From assembly GCA_052168235.1 (NCBI GenBank), contig JBQLZK010000040.1, forward strand, positions 1 through 64,000: 64,000 nucleotides of DNA, in the 5' to 3' direction. Shown here piece by piece: positions 1-8,860 of this stretch. The stretch's first letter is position 1. Every line of letters starts with the position of its first letter. Made by a program: the position numbers and the translations under genes. The notes under the pieces were generated by a model. It was given only the letters and a program-made list of their open reading frames with translations. It was not told the origin of the DNA and made no database searches. This stretch comes from Thainema sp. (GTDB lineage: Bacteria; Cyanobacteriota; Cyanobacteriia; Phormidesmidales; Phormidesmidaceae).

Positions 1-1996
1 CTCGACTAGCGTTGCGCCAGACAATGTCAGGCTGATTATCACCGTCGAAATCTGTAACACCGTTAGCCTCGTTGACATCATCTGTAACAGTGATTGATAG
101 AGATTGAGTTGAGGTGCCACCTACACCATCATCCGCTACGACTTCGACTAAATAAACATTGTCCGTATTGGCATCAGTAGGAGCTTCAAAATTGGGAGAA
201 TTAACAAAACTGAGTTCTCCTGTAGTCGGATCAATAGAAAAGCGTAATGCATCTATATTGTTCGCTTCAGTGCTACTGCTGATGGAATAGGTAATGGGAT
301 TACTATCAACATCAGTTGCATTAACATCAATTGCTAGCAGCGTATTTTCCTCTACTGAAACTGATGTAGGCGATGTAAAAACTGGAGCGTTGTTTAAGTC
401 TGAGGGTGGTAGAAAAATATTATCAACAAAACCCCGATCTGATCCAGAATTAACACCTCCGTTTTTCTCGTATGACCAGGTAAATGTACGTTCGCCTGCT
501 AAAACTGATGTAGAAAAGACCTGATAAGACTGATTCCCAGAGATGGAATCTTGCTCGACTCCATCAATATAAAATTTGAGGAAATCTGCTCCACTTTCAG
601 AAGAGACACTCCAGTCAAACGAAACTGTACCGGCTTCGACGATTTCCAATGTGATAGACATCGAAGAGGATTGAAGAGCGCCAATCGTACCAGATTGGGC
701 GCTAAAGCTGCCAGTGCTAGCATTTGAACCAATCGTCCAATTAGCACTGCCACCAAATTCCCAGGGCAGTCGACTAAAGTCACCCGTCTCAAATGTTTCG
801 TCAGGGCTTTCGACTAGAATTTGGCTCGATGCCCAAGCAACAGCTTGTTCAAGGAGCTGATCGGCTTCACCAGTACGCAATGATGCACTGGAACCTACTG
901 AGTAGGATGGACTAAGATAAACAGAGCGACCTGAGCCATACTCACCAATGACTACAGTTGCGTCTGTATCACTTTTCGCTAAGATGGTGCCCTCAGCGTT
1001 CACTACAAACGGATATTCAGCAAACTCGTTTGCTCCAATCACAAAGTTAGATACACCCTGGGTAACTGGGTGTGCCGCATCTGTAATAGTGATGGCATCA
1101 CCTGGAGATAAGAAGCCGTAGTCAGGATTCGCGCCGGTTGTGACAACCGGAATCACCGCATCAAGTGCAACTTCGTTGGCATTACTTGCGATTGATCCAT
1201 ACACAGACCAACCTGCTGCAACTAATCCACCGCCAGCTTGAACCCAGCTAGCGAGTGCAGAACCAAATACGCTAAAGCTATCACCCGACGGAGTACTACC
1301 ATCGTTGCCAATAACGACAACATCGTAGTTATTAAGCTCAGCCTCAGAATCCAGTCCGTCTGGGGTAACTAAAACGGCTGTAAAGTCAAAGTAGGTATCG
1401 TTATTGAGCTGATTAACAATGGCTTGCAAACCGCTGCTGTCACCTGTAGTAAGACCTGCAACGGCTACTCGAACAGCTTCTAGGACGTGCTGATACTGCT
1501 CAATAGCTTCTGCTCGAAAAGCAAGTTGCGGCTGAACTTCACCAATGTGAGCGTCTAAGATCCAGTTACCACCTAATGCAGGATTACCAATAGGAGTACT
1601 GGAAGCCGCTATATTGACAGTGGTGAGTTGATGCAGTTCGTTGATAAACTCTTCGCCTGCATCTCCAGCAGCAACATTACAGCCGTAAATCAATAATTCT
1701 GAATTGTGGTGGGCCAAAAACCAGGAACGCAGGTGTTCTGAGTAGTGGTTGAGTGTGTTGAGATTAAGCTGGCTATTGCCTAGATACAACACGCCAGGTG
1801 CACCGTGTGCAATGAGATGGACTGAGAGAGGTCTTTGATCATCGGTTGAGCCGTAAGCATGGAGGATATTGGTAATTTGGAGAATGCCATCCTGATACGG
1901 ATCAAGAACAGCGATTTCAAAATCAGGATGGGTACCAGCAAGAAGCTGCTGGTAATCAGGCACCTGAGAATCAACAATCAGAATCTGCTTGCTCAT
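1..1996 (-). CDS. Large surface/secreted protein, partial (runs off window start): DUF4347 + ThuA/GATase-like domain + cadherin repeat + FG-GAP-like repeat
   Basis: Not in ORF track because its stop is outside the window. Manual translation from ATG 1996: MSKQILIVDSQVPDYQQL..HLIAHGAPGVLYLG..LLIYGCNVAAGDAGEEFI..IGNPALGGNWIL (DUF4347); YDVVVIGNDG..WVQAGGGLV; ATDVDSNPITYSI..FSIDPTTGELSF..PNFEAP (cadherin); DFDGDNQPDIVWRN at window edge. Confidence 0.85.
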   Translation of the reverse strand, partial: MSKQILIVDSQVPDYQQLLAGTHPDFEIAVLDPYQDGILQITNILHAYGSTDDQRPLSVHLIAHGAPGVLYLGNSQLNLNTLNHYSEHLRSWFLAHHNSELLIYGCNVAAGDAGEEFINELHQLTTVNIAASSTPIGNPALGGNWILDAHIGEVQPQLAFRAEAIEQYQHVLEAVRVAVAGLTTGDSSGLQAIVNQLNNDTYFDFTAVLVTPDGLDSEAELNNYDVVVIGNDGSTPSGDSFSVFGSALASWVQAGGGLVAAGWSVYGSIASNANEVALDAVIPVVTTGANPDYGFLSPGDAITITDAAHPVTQGVSNFVIGANEFAEYPFVVNAEGTILAKSDTDATVVIGEYGSGRSVYLSPSYSVGSSASLRTGEADQLLEQAVAWASSQILVESPDETFETGDFSRLPWEFGGSANWTIGSNASTGSFSAQSGTIGALQSSSMSITLEIVEAGTVSFDWSVSSESGADFLKFYIDGVEQDSISGNQSYQVFSTSVLAGERTFTWSYEKNGGVNSGSDRGFVDNIFLPPSDLNNAPVFTSPTSVSVEENTLLAIDVNATDVDSNPITYSISSSTEANNIDALRFSIDPTTGELSFVNSPNFEAPTDANTDNVYLVEVVADDGVGGTSTQSLSITVTDDVNEANGVTDFDGDNQPDIVWRNASR

Positions 1997-2454
1997 CGTG
2001 TATTCAACCTTTGATGTAGACATCTGCGTTAACATGGCAATTTTTTAGCTGGCTCTAGAATTCGCAATCTTATGAGGCGACAGTGCTAGCATTCCCATTT
2101 CCTGAAATAATCTAACGATTTTTGTAACTCTATCTGCCCTCGCCTACGTGTAAATACTTAACTGTAGAGATAGTTCTAATTAGGTATGAATTGGTACTTT
2201 TACGTGAACAGCTACTGGCATAATCGGCCCAGTGAATTGGAGCATCCAAATAAATGCGTCTAGACAATAATGCTGTAGCTGTTCCATTTAGATATTTGGT
2301 TTTGCCAAAGTAATAATTATTACGTTCAACTCCATCTATAAGTTGTTTGACCAAGTCCGCTAGGATGAAGTTGCACTAGTCTTGCAGCGGTTTGACTAAT
2401 GCTTTGACTAATGCAATGTGGATCAGAGTTGTTTGGAGTTCAACGGTTGTCGCT

Positions 2455-3192
2455 ATGTTAGAGGCTTTGCAAACCCAGCTTTATCAAATTGAACAGGTTG
2501 CTGATTCTTTGGTGAATGGGCAGCTTAATCACTTAAATATTGTGAGCTTGGCCGTGATTTTTTTGGCGGGTTTGCTGACAAGTTTGACGCCCTGCATGCT
2601 ATCGATGCTGCCAATTACGATTGGCTATATCGGTGGATATGAGGCAGATAGCCGATTACGGGCAGCCATCCAATCAATTTGGTTCTCACTTGGCTTGGCG
2701 ACAACGCTGGCTGGTCTGGGTATTATCGCCGCAGTGGTAGGACGCGTTTACGGACAAATCGGCATGGGTTTGCCGATTATTGTGAGCGCGATCGCAATTT
2801 TGATGGGCTTGAATTTACTAGAAGCGCTACCGCTAAAACTGCCGTCTTTCGATGGGATGCAGTTCATTCCAGACAACCTGCCGCAAGGAGCCCGATCGTA
2901 TCTAATTGGATTGACGTTTGGCTTAGTTGCTTCACCCTGTAGCACCCCCGTGCTGGCTACGCTGCTGGCCTGGATTGCCAAAACCCATGATCCCGTTTTA
3001 GGCGGTGGGTTGTTGCTGGCCTACACCGTTGGTTATGTATCGCCGCTTGTATTAGCCGGAACGTTTACTGCATCAATCAAGAAGTTTTTAGAGATTCGCC
3101 GCTGGTCCAGCTGGATCACTCCAGCAAGCGGGGCTTTGCTGGTTGGGTTTGGCGTTTTTTCGCTGATGTTTCGGTTATTTCCGACCGTTTAG
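2455..3192 (+). CDS. ccdA: Cytochrome c biogenesis protein CcdA
   Basis: LTSLTPCMLSMLP and ASPCSTPVLATLL motifs, six TM segments; start moved to ATG 2455. Confidence 0.93.
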   Translation: MLEALQTQLYQIEQVADSLVNGQLNHLNIVSLAVIFLAGLLTSLTPCMLSMLPITIGYIGGYEADSRLRAAIQSIWFSLGLATTLAGLGIIAAVVGRVYGQIGMGLPIIVSAIAILMGLNLLEALPLKLPSFDGMQFIPDNLPQGARSYLIGLTFGLVASPCSTPVLATLLAWIAKTHDPVLGGGLLLAYTVGYVSPLVLAGTFTASIKKFLEIRRWSSWITPASGALLVGFGVFSLMFRLFPTV

Positions 3193-3244
3193 GCATAGCC
3201 GGAACGCTGGTCTATAAGCGCTTTAGAGCGTTGTGGTTTTAGGG

Positions 3245-3285
3245 ATGAACTGGATAGAAGGGCGATGCCCCTCTACCCAGTTCAT
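3245..3285. repeat. Imperfect hairpin between convergent genes (terminator-like or degenerate palindromic element)
   Basis: ATGAACTGGATAGAAGGGC-GAT-GCCCCTCTACCCAGTTCAT. Confidence 0.6.
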
Positions 3286-3391
3286 TTTTTAGATGGAGAG
3301 GCTCTATGCGCGATCGCAAACTGGCACAACTCATCCTTATTCAATGCCTGAGAGAAATGTCAAAATAGGATCAACAAGCATATTGAAGCCT

Positions 3392-3763
3392 TTAACTCCC
3401 GAGCTTAAAGGCTTCTAAGAATAGGCCATAGGTTAGCCCAATTTTCAGGGCGTTGGCCATATCAAGTAGATGAATGGGGCGAGCGGGACGGCTCAGATCA
3501 GGTGTCTCTGTCGGTTGAACCTGTTGCTTCCGTCGCCGATAAAACAAGAAACTGATCACCTCAACGGTAATCAGTAGCAGTGATGACACCAAAATATCTA
3601 AATCAGCCGTTTGCCCGGTCGTAGTTGAAATTACGTTCGCCAAAAAGAATCCAAACAAAAGATTCATCAAGATGACTGAAAGTCGTCGCCACGGGTTACT
3701 GAGCCATTGGCCTAACTGATCAGCACCAACGGCGAAAAAGCGGTTAAGGCGGGTATTCTGCAT
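3392..3763 (-). CDS. ycf20: DUF565/Ycf20 family protein
   Basis: MQNTRL..NPWRRLS..NALKIGLTYGLFLEAFKLGS signature. Confidence 0.92.
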   Translation of the reverse strand: MQNTRLNRFFAVGADQLGQWLSNPWRRLSVILMNLLFGFFLANVISTTTGQTADLDILVSSLLLITVEVISFLFYRRRKQQVQPTETPDLSRPARPIHLLDMANALKIGLTYGLFLEAFKLGS

Positions 3764-3865
3764 GGGTCGTATATCTGGCGTCAGCTAAAAAATCGTCTGC
3801 AAAAATCTAACAACTGAGAGCAATAGAAACAGTCATAAAAGAGTAAATAAGGGAGCCGAGAGACG

Positions 3866-4501
3866 GTGGATAAGTCAAACACACCCTCTGATCAGACAGT
3901 TAAACTCACGTCGCTCAAAGTATATCCTGCTATTTTGGCTGCGGTTGGAGTTGCGATCGCGCTGCTAGCTATTGGCCGATACTGGGGCGCATCTGAGCAA
4001 GCGGTATCAACCGATGTTGATACTAGCCGTCTGTCTCCCGACATTCCAGCGGCTCCGTCTGATCCCACTCGTGACAATTCTACCGCTGGGGATCAAATCC
4101 CTGGAGAACAGCCAACGGTACCGATAACGGATACGGATACGTCTCCTGCTGAAACATCTGCGGCAGCTTTAAGCAGCAATCTTCGCGTCAGCAATCGTAC
4201 GGTTCATCCGATCCGAGTGGCCCTACTGCCTCAAGTTGAGGCCGCTAAGGCTAATCCTGATGGCACAGCAGCAGCTTATGATGTGCCAGTCCATTGGGAT
4301 TTTGCGCCTGGAGAAGGCAGTCAGCAGGGTTTGCTTCTATCGCTACCCGATCAGAATATCCAACTGCAGGCGGGCGATATCCTAGTGGCCTTCGCGCAGG
4401 ATGGTTCACGCGTCTACTGGGGGCCTTATGTGGTGGATCAAACTAATCTGCCGCTGTGGAACGAATCCCAACAAGAATGGCAACTCATTTTGGAACCTTG
4501 A
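3866..4501 (+). CDS. Hypothetical membrane-anchored protein
   Basis: N-terminal TM helix, P/S/T-rich linker, C-terminal domain LRVSNRT..HWDFAPGEG..YWGPYVV. Confidence 0.75.
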   Translation: MDKSNTPSDQTVKLTSLKVYPAILAAVGVAIALLAIGRYWGASEQAVSTDVDTSRLSPDIPAAPSDPTRDNSTAGDQIPGEQPTVPITDTDTSPAETSAAALSSNLRVSNRTVHPIRVALLPQVEAAKANPDGTAAAYDVPVHWDFAPGEGSQQGLLLSLPDQNIQLQAGDILVAFAQDGSRVYWGPYVVDQTNLPLWNESQQEWQLILEP

Positions 4502-4632
4502 TTTCATCTACTCGTCAGTGGTTGATCGAAGTTCTTTCGAAGCCCTTCTGGGCTTGGTGCAGAGTACGAGACTTGATTCCAATGGGATGCCATTTCCCGT
4601 TACAGTAGGGTCTGAATCCATTTGACAAACAT

Positions 4633-6549
4633 ATGCGGCAAACGACGGATTGGGTATTAGTGCGGCTGATGAAGTGGTGGGAAACCCAACCACGAGCAGC
4701 CCAGATTTTATCAGCTCTCTGGCTGGGGATCATTTGCAGCGTAGCGTTTCTGCTGCATCTCGGTAGTATTGGTTTAGTTGATGAAACCGAGCCGCTCTTT
4801 GTAGAAGCCTCACGCCAAATGACGGTTACGGGCGACTGGATTACGCCCTATTTCAACGGTGAAACTCGCTTCGATAAACCGCCGCTGATTTACTGGCTGA
4901 TGGCCCTGGGATTTCAAACCTTTGGCGTGAACGAGTGGACAGCCCGCTTACCATCTGCATTGAGTGCGATCGCACTAGTTGTCTTAGGCTTTTACACCCT
5001 GCGACGATTTGGCTATCCCCGTCCCGGCAGCGTATCTGTATCTACTGCCTCCCAACTTCCCCCACTACCAACCATCAGCCAACCCAACTACACAAATTCC
5101 GACCCGACTTCCCCCCCCCTCCCTCCCGCCGCTTCAGACATTTTCACTGCTGATCCCACGGATTCGCCATCATCTAGTTCAGTCAACTCGACTAATCTTA
5201 GTCTTTGGCTATCAGCCTGGATTGGAGCCATGATTATGGCCTTAACGCCAGAGATTATTGGCTGGGCACGTATGGGCGTTTCTGACATGCTACTCACAGG
5301 CTGTATCGGTTCTAGCCTATTCTGCTTCTTCATAGCCTATGCACAACCGGAACATCCGAAACGCCAAACGGCCTGGTACATGGCCTTCTACGTCCTGCTA
5401 GGACTCGCCGTCTTAGCGAAAGGCCCCGTCGGCGTTGTTTTGCCGGGACTTGTTGTTCTGGCATTTCTCGCGATAGTGGGTCGGCTGCGACAGGTACTGC
5501 TTGGAGAAATGCATTTGCTTTGGGGATCGCTAATCTTTTTTGCGATCGCAGTCCCGTGGTACATCCTCGTGATTCAAGCCAACGGTCAGACGTATATTGA
5601 CTCGTTCTTTGGCTATCACAACTTTCAGCGCTTCACTAGCGTGGTCAACGGTCATGACGCACCAATTTACTTTTATGTTCTAGTCGTACTGCTAGGTTTT
5701 GCGCCTTGGTCCATATATTTACCTGTTGCGATCGCGCGGTTACGATTTTGGCGCTGGCAACAGTGGCAGCAACAGCCCCGACAGGCTCAGCTCAGCCTCT
5801 TCGCCTTAGTCTGGTTTGCCGTTATTTTTGGCTTCTTCACTGTGGCCACCACTAAGCTGCCCAGCTACGTACTGCCGTTAATGCCTGCCGCCGCCGTTCT
5901 GGTCGGACTGCTGTGGAGTGATGTCCTGACTCGACCGCGTCAGCCCCAGAAAGCGCTGGTGATCAGCGCGGTTTTCAATCTGTTGCTGTTTGTCGCTTTT
6001 GCTGTCGTTGGCCTGCTCAGCCCCAACTGGATGACAGGCGATGCTTCAATGCCCAATATTGGTCAGGCTGTGCGGGATTCGCAAATTATGGTGTGGTCAG
6101 CCGGACTATGGGGAGGAACTGCGATCGCAGGTTTGATCCTGTTACTACGGCGTCAGGCGCGGTGGCTCTGGCTGGTTAATGGCATTGGCGTTATGGCTTT
6201 CATTATCGTTATTGCCATGCCTGCATTCTTTCTGGTCGATGAGCAGCGCCAACTGCCGCTGCGGCAAATTTCAGAAACCATCGTGGATACTCAGCAATCA
6301 GATGAACCGATTGTCATGCTCGGCTTCAAAAAACCGAGCATCGTATTCTACACCCAACAACCTGTGAAGTATTTTTATCCACCGGAACAGGCAGGTCAGT
6401 ATGCACGACGGTTACTGCGTCGCCCAGAGGTATCGTCAGTACTGATCGTGGGAGAACAAGCCAAAATGATCAACACGGGCTTTTCCCCTGATCAAATGGA
6501 AGTGCTACAAACAGTGACGCCTTATCAGCTCGTACGAGTCGAAGAATAA
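4633..6549 (+). CDS. GT39/ArnT-like lipid-carrier-dependent glycosyltransferase
   Basis: DETEPLF..GDWITPYFNG..FDKPPLIYW, ARLPSAL, LAKGPVG, TKLPSYVLP; polytopic membrane protein. Confidence 0.9.
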   Translation: MRQTTDWVLVRLMKWWETQPRAAQILSALWLGIICSVAFLLHLGSIGLVDETEPLFVEASRQMTVTGDWITPYFNGETRFDKPPLIYWLMALGFQTFGVNEWTARLPSALSAIALVVLGFYTLRRFGYPRPGSVSVSTASQLPPLPTISQPNYTNSDPTSPPLPPAASDIFTADPTDSPSSSSVNSTNLSLWLSAWIGAMIMALTPEIIGWARMGVSDMLLTGCIGSSLFCFFIAYAQPEHPKRQTAWYMAFYVLLGLAVLAKGPVGVVLPGLVVLAFLAIVGRLRQVLLGEMHLLWGSLIFFAIAVPWYILVIQANGQTYIDSFFGYHNFQRFTSVVNGHDAPIYFYVLVVLLGFAPWSIYLPVAIARLRFWRWQQWQQQPRQAQLSLFALVWFAVIFGFFTVATTKLPSYVLPLMPAAAVLVGLLWSDVLTRPRQPQKALVISAVFNLLLFVAFAVVGLLSPNWMTGDASMPNIGQAVRDSQIMVWSAGLWGGTAIAGLILLLRRQARWLWLVNGIGVMAFIIVIAMPAFFLVDEQRQLPLRQISETIVDTQQSDEPIVMLGFKKPSIVFYTQQPVKYFYPPEQAGQYARRLLRRPEVSSVLIVGEQAKMINTGFSPDQMEVLQTVTPYQLVRVEE

Positions 6550-6562
6550 TCCTGAATCTGAA

Positions 6563-6620
6563 AACCCAGAGGGGGTAGAGGGGCGCTGCGATCGCAGCGC
6601 CCCTCTACCCCCTCTGGGTT
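6563..6620. repeat. 58-bp perfect palindrome centred on HIP1
   Basis: AACCCAGAGGGGGTAGAGGGGCGCT-GCGATCGC-AGCGCCCCTCTACCCCCTCTGGGTT. Confidence 0.95.
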
Positions 6621-6663
6621 CTATAAACCTAGAAGCATTGCGCTCCTAGCCCAATGCCAAAGC

Positions 6664-6963
6664 TTAGTACAGCTCTTCCTCTTGGTGCGTCATGATGGTG
6701 CAGTCGGAGGTAGGATAAGCAACACAGGTCAAAACAAAACCTGCTTCGATTTGATCATCATCCAAGAAGGATTGATCAGACTGATCAACAGTACCCTCAG
6801 AGATTTTACCTGCACAGGTAGAGCAAGCACCCGCGCGGCAGGAGTAGGGCAGATCGATGCCTTGCTCTTCAGCGGCGTCAAGAATGTACTCATCATCGGG
6901 TACTTCAATCGTAGTATTGAGACCTTCAGCTTCGTTAATCAAAGTAACCTTGTAACTTGCCAT
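6664..6963 (-). CDS. petF: Plant-type [2Fe-2S] ferredoxin
   Basis: [28 protein letters not shown], 99 aa. Confidence 0.98.
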   Translation of the reverse strand: MASYKVTLINEAEGLNTTIEVPDDEYILDAAEEQGIDLPYSCRAGACSTCAGKISEGTVDQSDQSFLDDDQIEAGFVLTCVAYPTSDCTIMTHQEEELY

Positions 6964-7563
6964 GCGGCTATCCTCTCGATATTTTTGAACGGCAGTATGG
7001 GTAAACCCTCGACATCGCGCCCAGTCAAGCTAACACGATTCAAGCAAATTCATCTGAGGGCTTCCCTCACAATATTGATAGTACGAGAAAATCGTGATTC
7101 TATATCGCTCTCCTGGGGGATAAGCCCAATGGGATTCGTAATCAAAAGTGTGTTTTCCCTCCTGAATTACTTATAGGTGCCTAGATGTTCCACCACTCAA
7201 CTCATGCGAATTTACGCCTAGTTTCTCAATAGAATAAACTGCCCTATCAACGGTAAATAGGGCAATACAAAGCATCAATTCGCTAATATCAGCCAGGACA
7301 TTGACGAATATTGTTATCATTAATTAATTTTTACATAATTTTTTCTTATAATCTGTCTGTGCAGCAGATTATGTCAAGAATATGACACGATTCAAGCGAG
7401 GTGAATCAAATAAAATGGATTCGCTAATCGTTCATCTCTATCTCGATCAATGACACAATCAATTCAATGATTCAGATAGCGCAACGTATCATCACTTGGC
7501 AGACTGGGGAAAGGCGTAAATTTTGGCAGAGATATTACGCAGGTCGTTAACAAGCAGTACACG

Positions 7564-8553
7564 ATGAATGATTTCAGTTTTCCGATTCGAGTTGGTTTAG
7601 TTGGGACAGGTTATGCCGCCAAGCTAAGAGCAGATGCACTCCAGAGCGAACCCCGAGCTAAGTTAGTGGCGGTTACAAGTCATCGCTACGAACAGGCACT
7701 AGAGTTTAGCCACACCTACGGTATCCGCGCCGTGCATCCTTGGCAGGATCTATGCGCCTCTGCCGATGTTGATTTGATTATGATCGCTACAGTGAATCGG
7801 GATCATGGCGCGATCGCAAGAGCGGCTTTAGAAGCCGATAAGCATGTGGTAGTGGAATATCCTCTCGCGCTGGATGTTGCGATCGCAGAGGAGATAATTC
7901 AGCTGGCCGAACAGCGGCAGCGGTTCCTGCATGTGGAACATATTGAACTGCTGGGCGGACTCCATCAAGCGCTGCTGAAAAACTTATCGGAGATCGGGCA
8001 GCCGTTTCATGTTCATTACCGCACAATTAATCCCCAACGCCCCGCTCCCCGTAAATGGACGTATCAACGGGATCTGTTTGGTTTTCCCCTTATGGGAGCA
8101 CTATCGCGACTGCATCGGATGACAAATGCCTTTGGCCCGGTGGCGACCGTGTCAGCCCAGATTCGCTACCGGGACTTATCCAATGCCGAGGCTGGAGCCT
8201 TTGATGCTTGTCTGTGTACTGCACAACTCCAGTTTCAGTCCGGCGTACTGGCGGAGGTGATCTACGGTAAAGGTGAAACGCTCTGGCAAAAGGCACGCTA
8301 TTTAGAAGTGCAAGGCACCGCAGGTGCACTGGTATTCGATAACGACCAGGGTACGCTAGTGCAGACGGACTCAACTGTGCCACTTGAAGTCGGCGGACGG
8401 CGAGGGCTATTCGCGAAAGACACCGGGTATGTCTTTGATGCCTTGACTCAAAATAAACCGATGTACGTGACGCCCGCCGAGAGCCTATACGCCCTCAGGG
8501 TGGCCGAAGCAGCCCAATTAGCAGCAATGGAGCAAACGGTAGTGCAGCTTTAG
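7564..8553 (+). CDS. bvdR: Biliverdin reductase (Gfo/Idh/MocA family)
   Basis: RVGLVGTGYAA, KHVVVEYPLAL, LHVEHIELLGG, FGFPL..ALSR, AEVIYGKGE, RRGLF as recalled for Synechocystis BvdR. Confidence 0.85.
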   Translation: MNDFSFPIRVGLVGTGYAAKLRADALQSEPRAKLVAVTSHRYEQALEFSHTYGIRAVHPWQDLCASADVDLIMIATVNRDHGAIARAALEADKHVVVEYPLALDVAIAEEIIQLAEQRQRFLHVEHIELLGGLHQALLKNLSEIGQPFHVHYRTINPQRPAPRKWTYQRDLFGFPLMGALSRLHRMTNAFGPVATVSAQIRYRDLSNAEAGAFDACLCTAQLQFQSGVLAEVIYGKGETLWQKARYLEVQGTAGALVFDNDQGTLVQTDSTVPLEVGGRRGLFAKDTGYVFDALTQNKPMYVTPAESLYALRVAEAAQLAAMEQTVVQL

Positions 8554-8561
8554 TGTGGTTC

Positions 8562-8749
8562 TACAGTGATTCCAGTTAAGAGTGAGAAAACGAGAGAGGA
8601 GAGTGCCTCATCCTGAGGCGCTCTCCTCTCTCGTTCTTACTTAGTGGTTTGTCAACCTTGTTTTGGTAGGTTTTGATGGTTGGTATGCCGCGCTCTGCGC
8701 GGCATACCAACCATCAAAACTGATTTGACACAGCACTAGAACCGCTATA
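8562..8749. mobile_element. Nested non-autonomous palindromic elements (outer 8562-8749; inner 8641-8739)
   Basis: Outer ends TACAGTGATT..AACCGCTATA with hairpin 8589-8635; inner ends TTAGTGGTTTGTCAA..TTGACACAGCACTAG with perfect palindrome 8670-8720. Confidence 0.65.
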
Positions 8750-8860
8750 AAAATTTGGTGGAACCGAGAATTTAGTTGGGTGGAACACAAAAAAGCTCTC
8801 GGCATCGCCGAGAGCTTGAGTCTGTTGATTAGTAGATTGTCATGGAAGCGAACCCTAGAT

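Noticed and set aside
7427..7460. ATCGTTCATCTC resembling the 5' end of a glutamine (glnA) riboswitch
   Set aside because: No following GGAAGTA E-loop or closing GAACG strand
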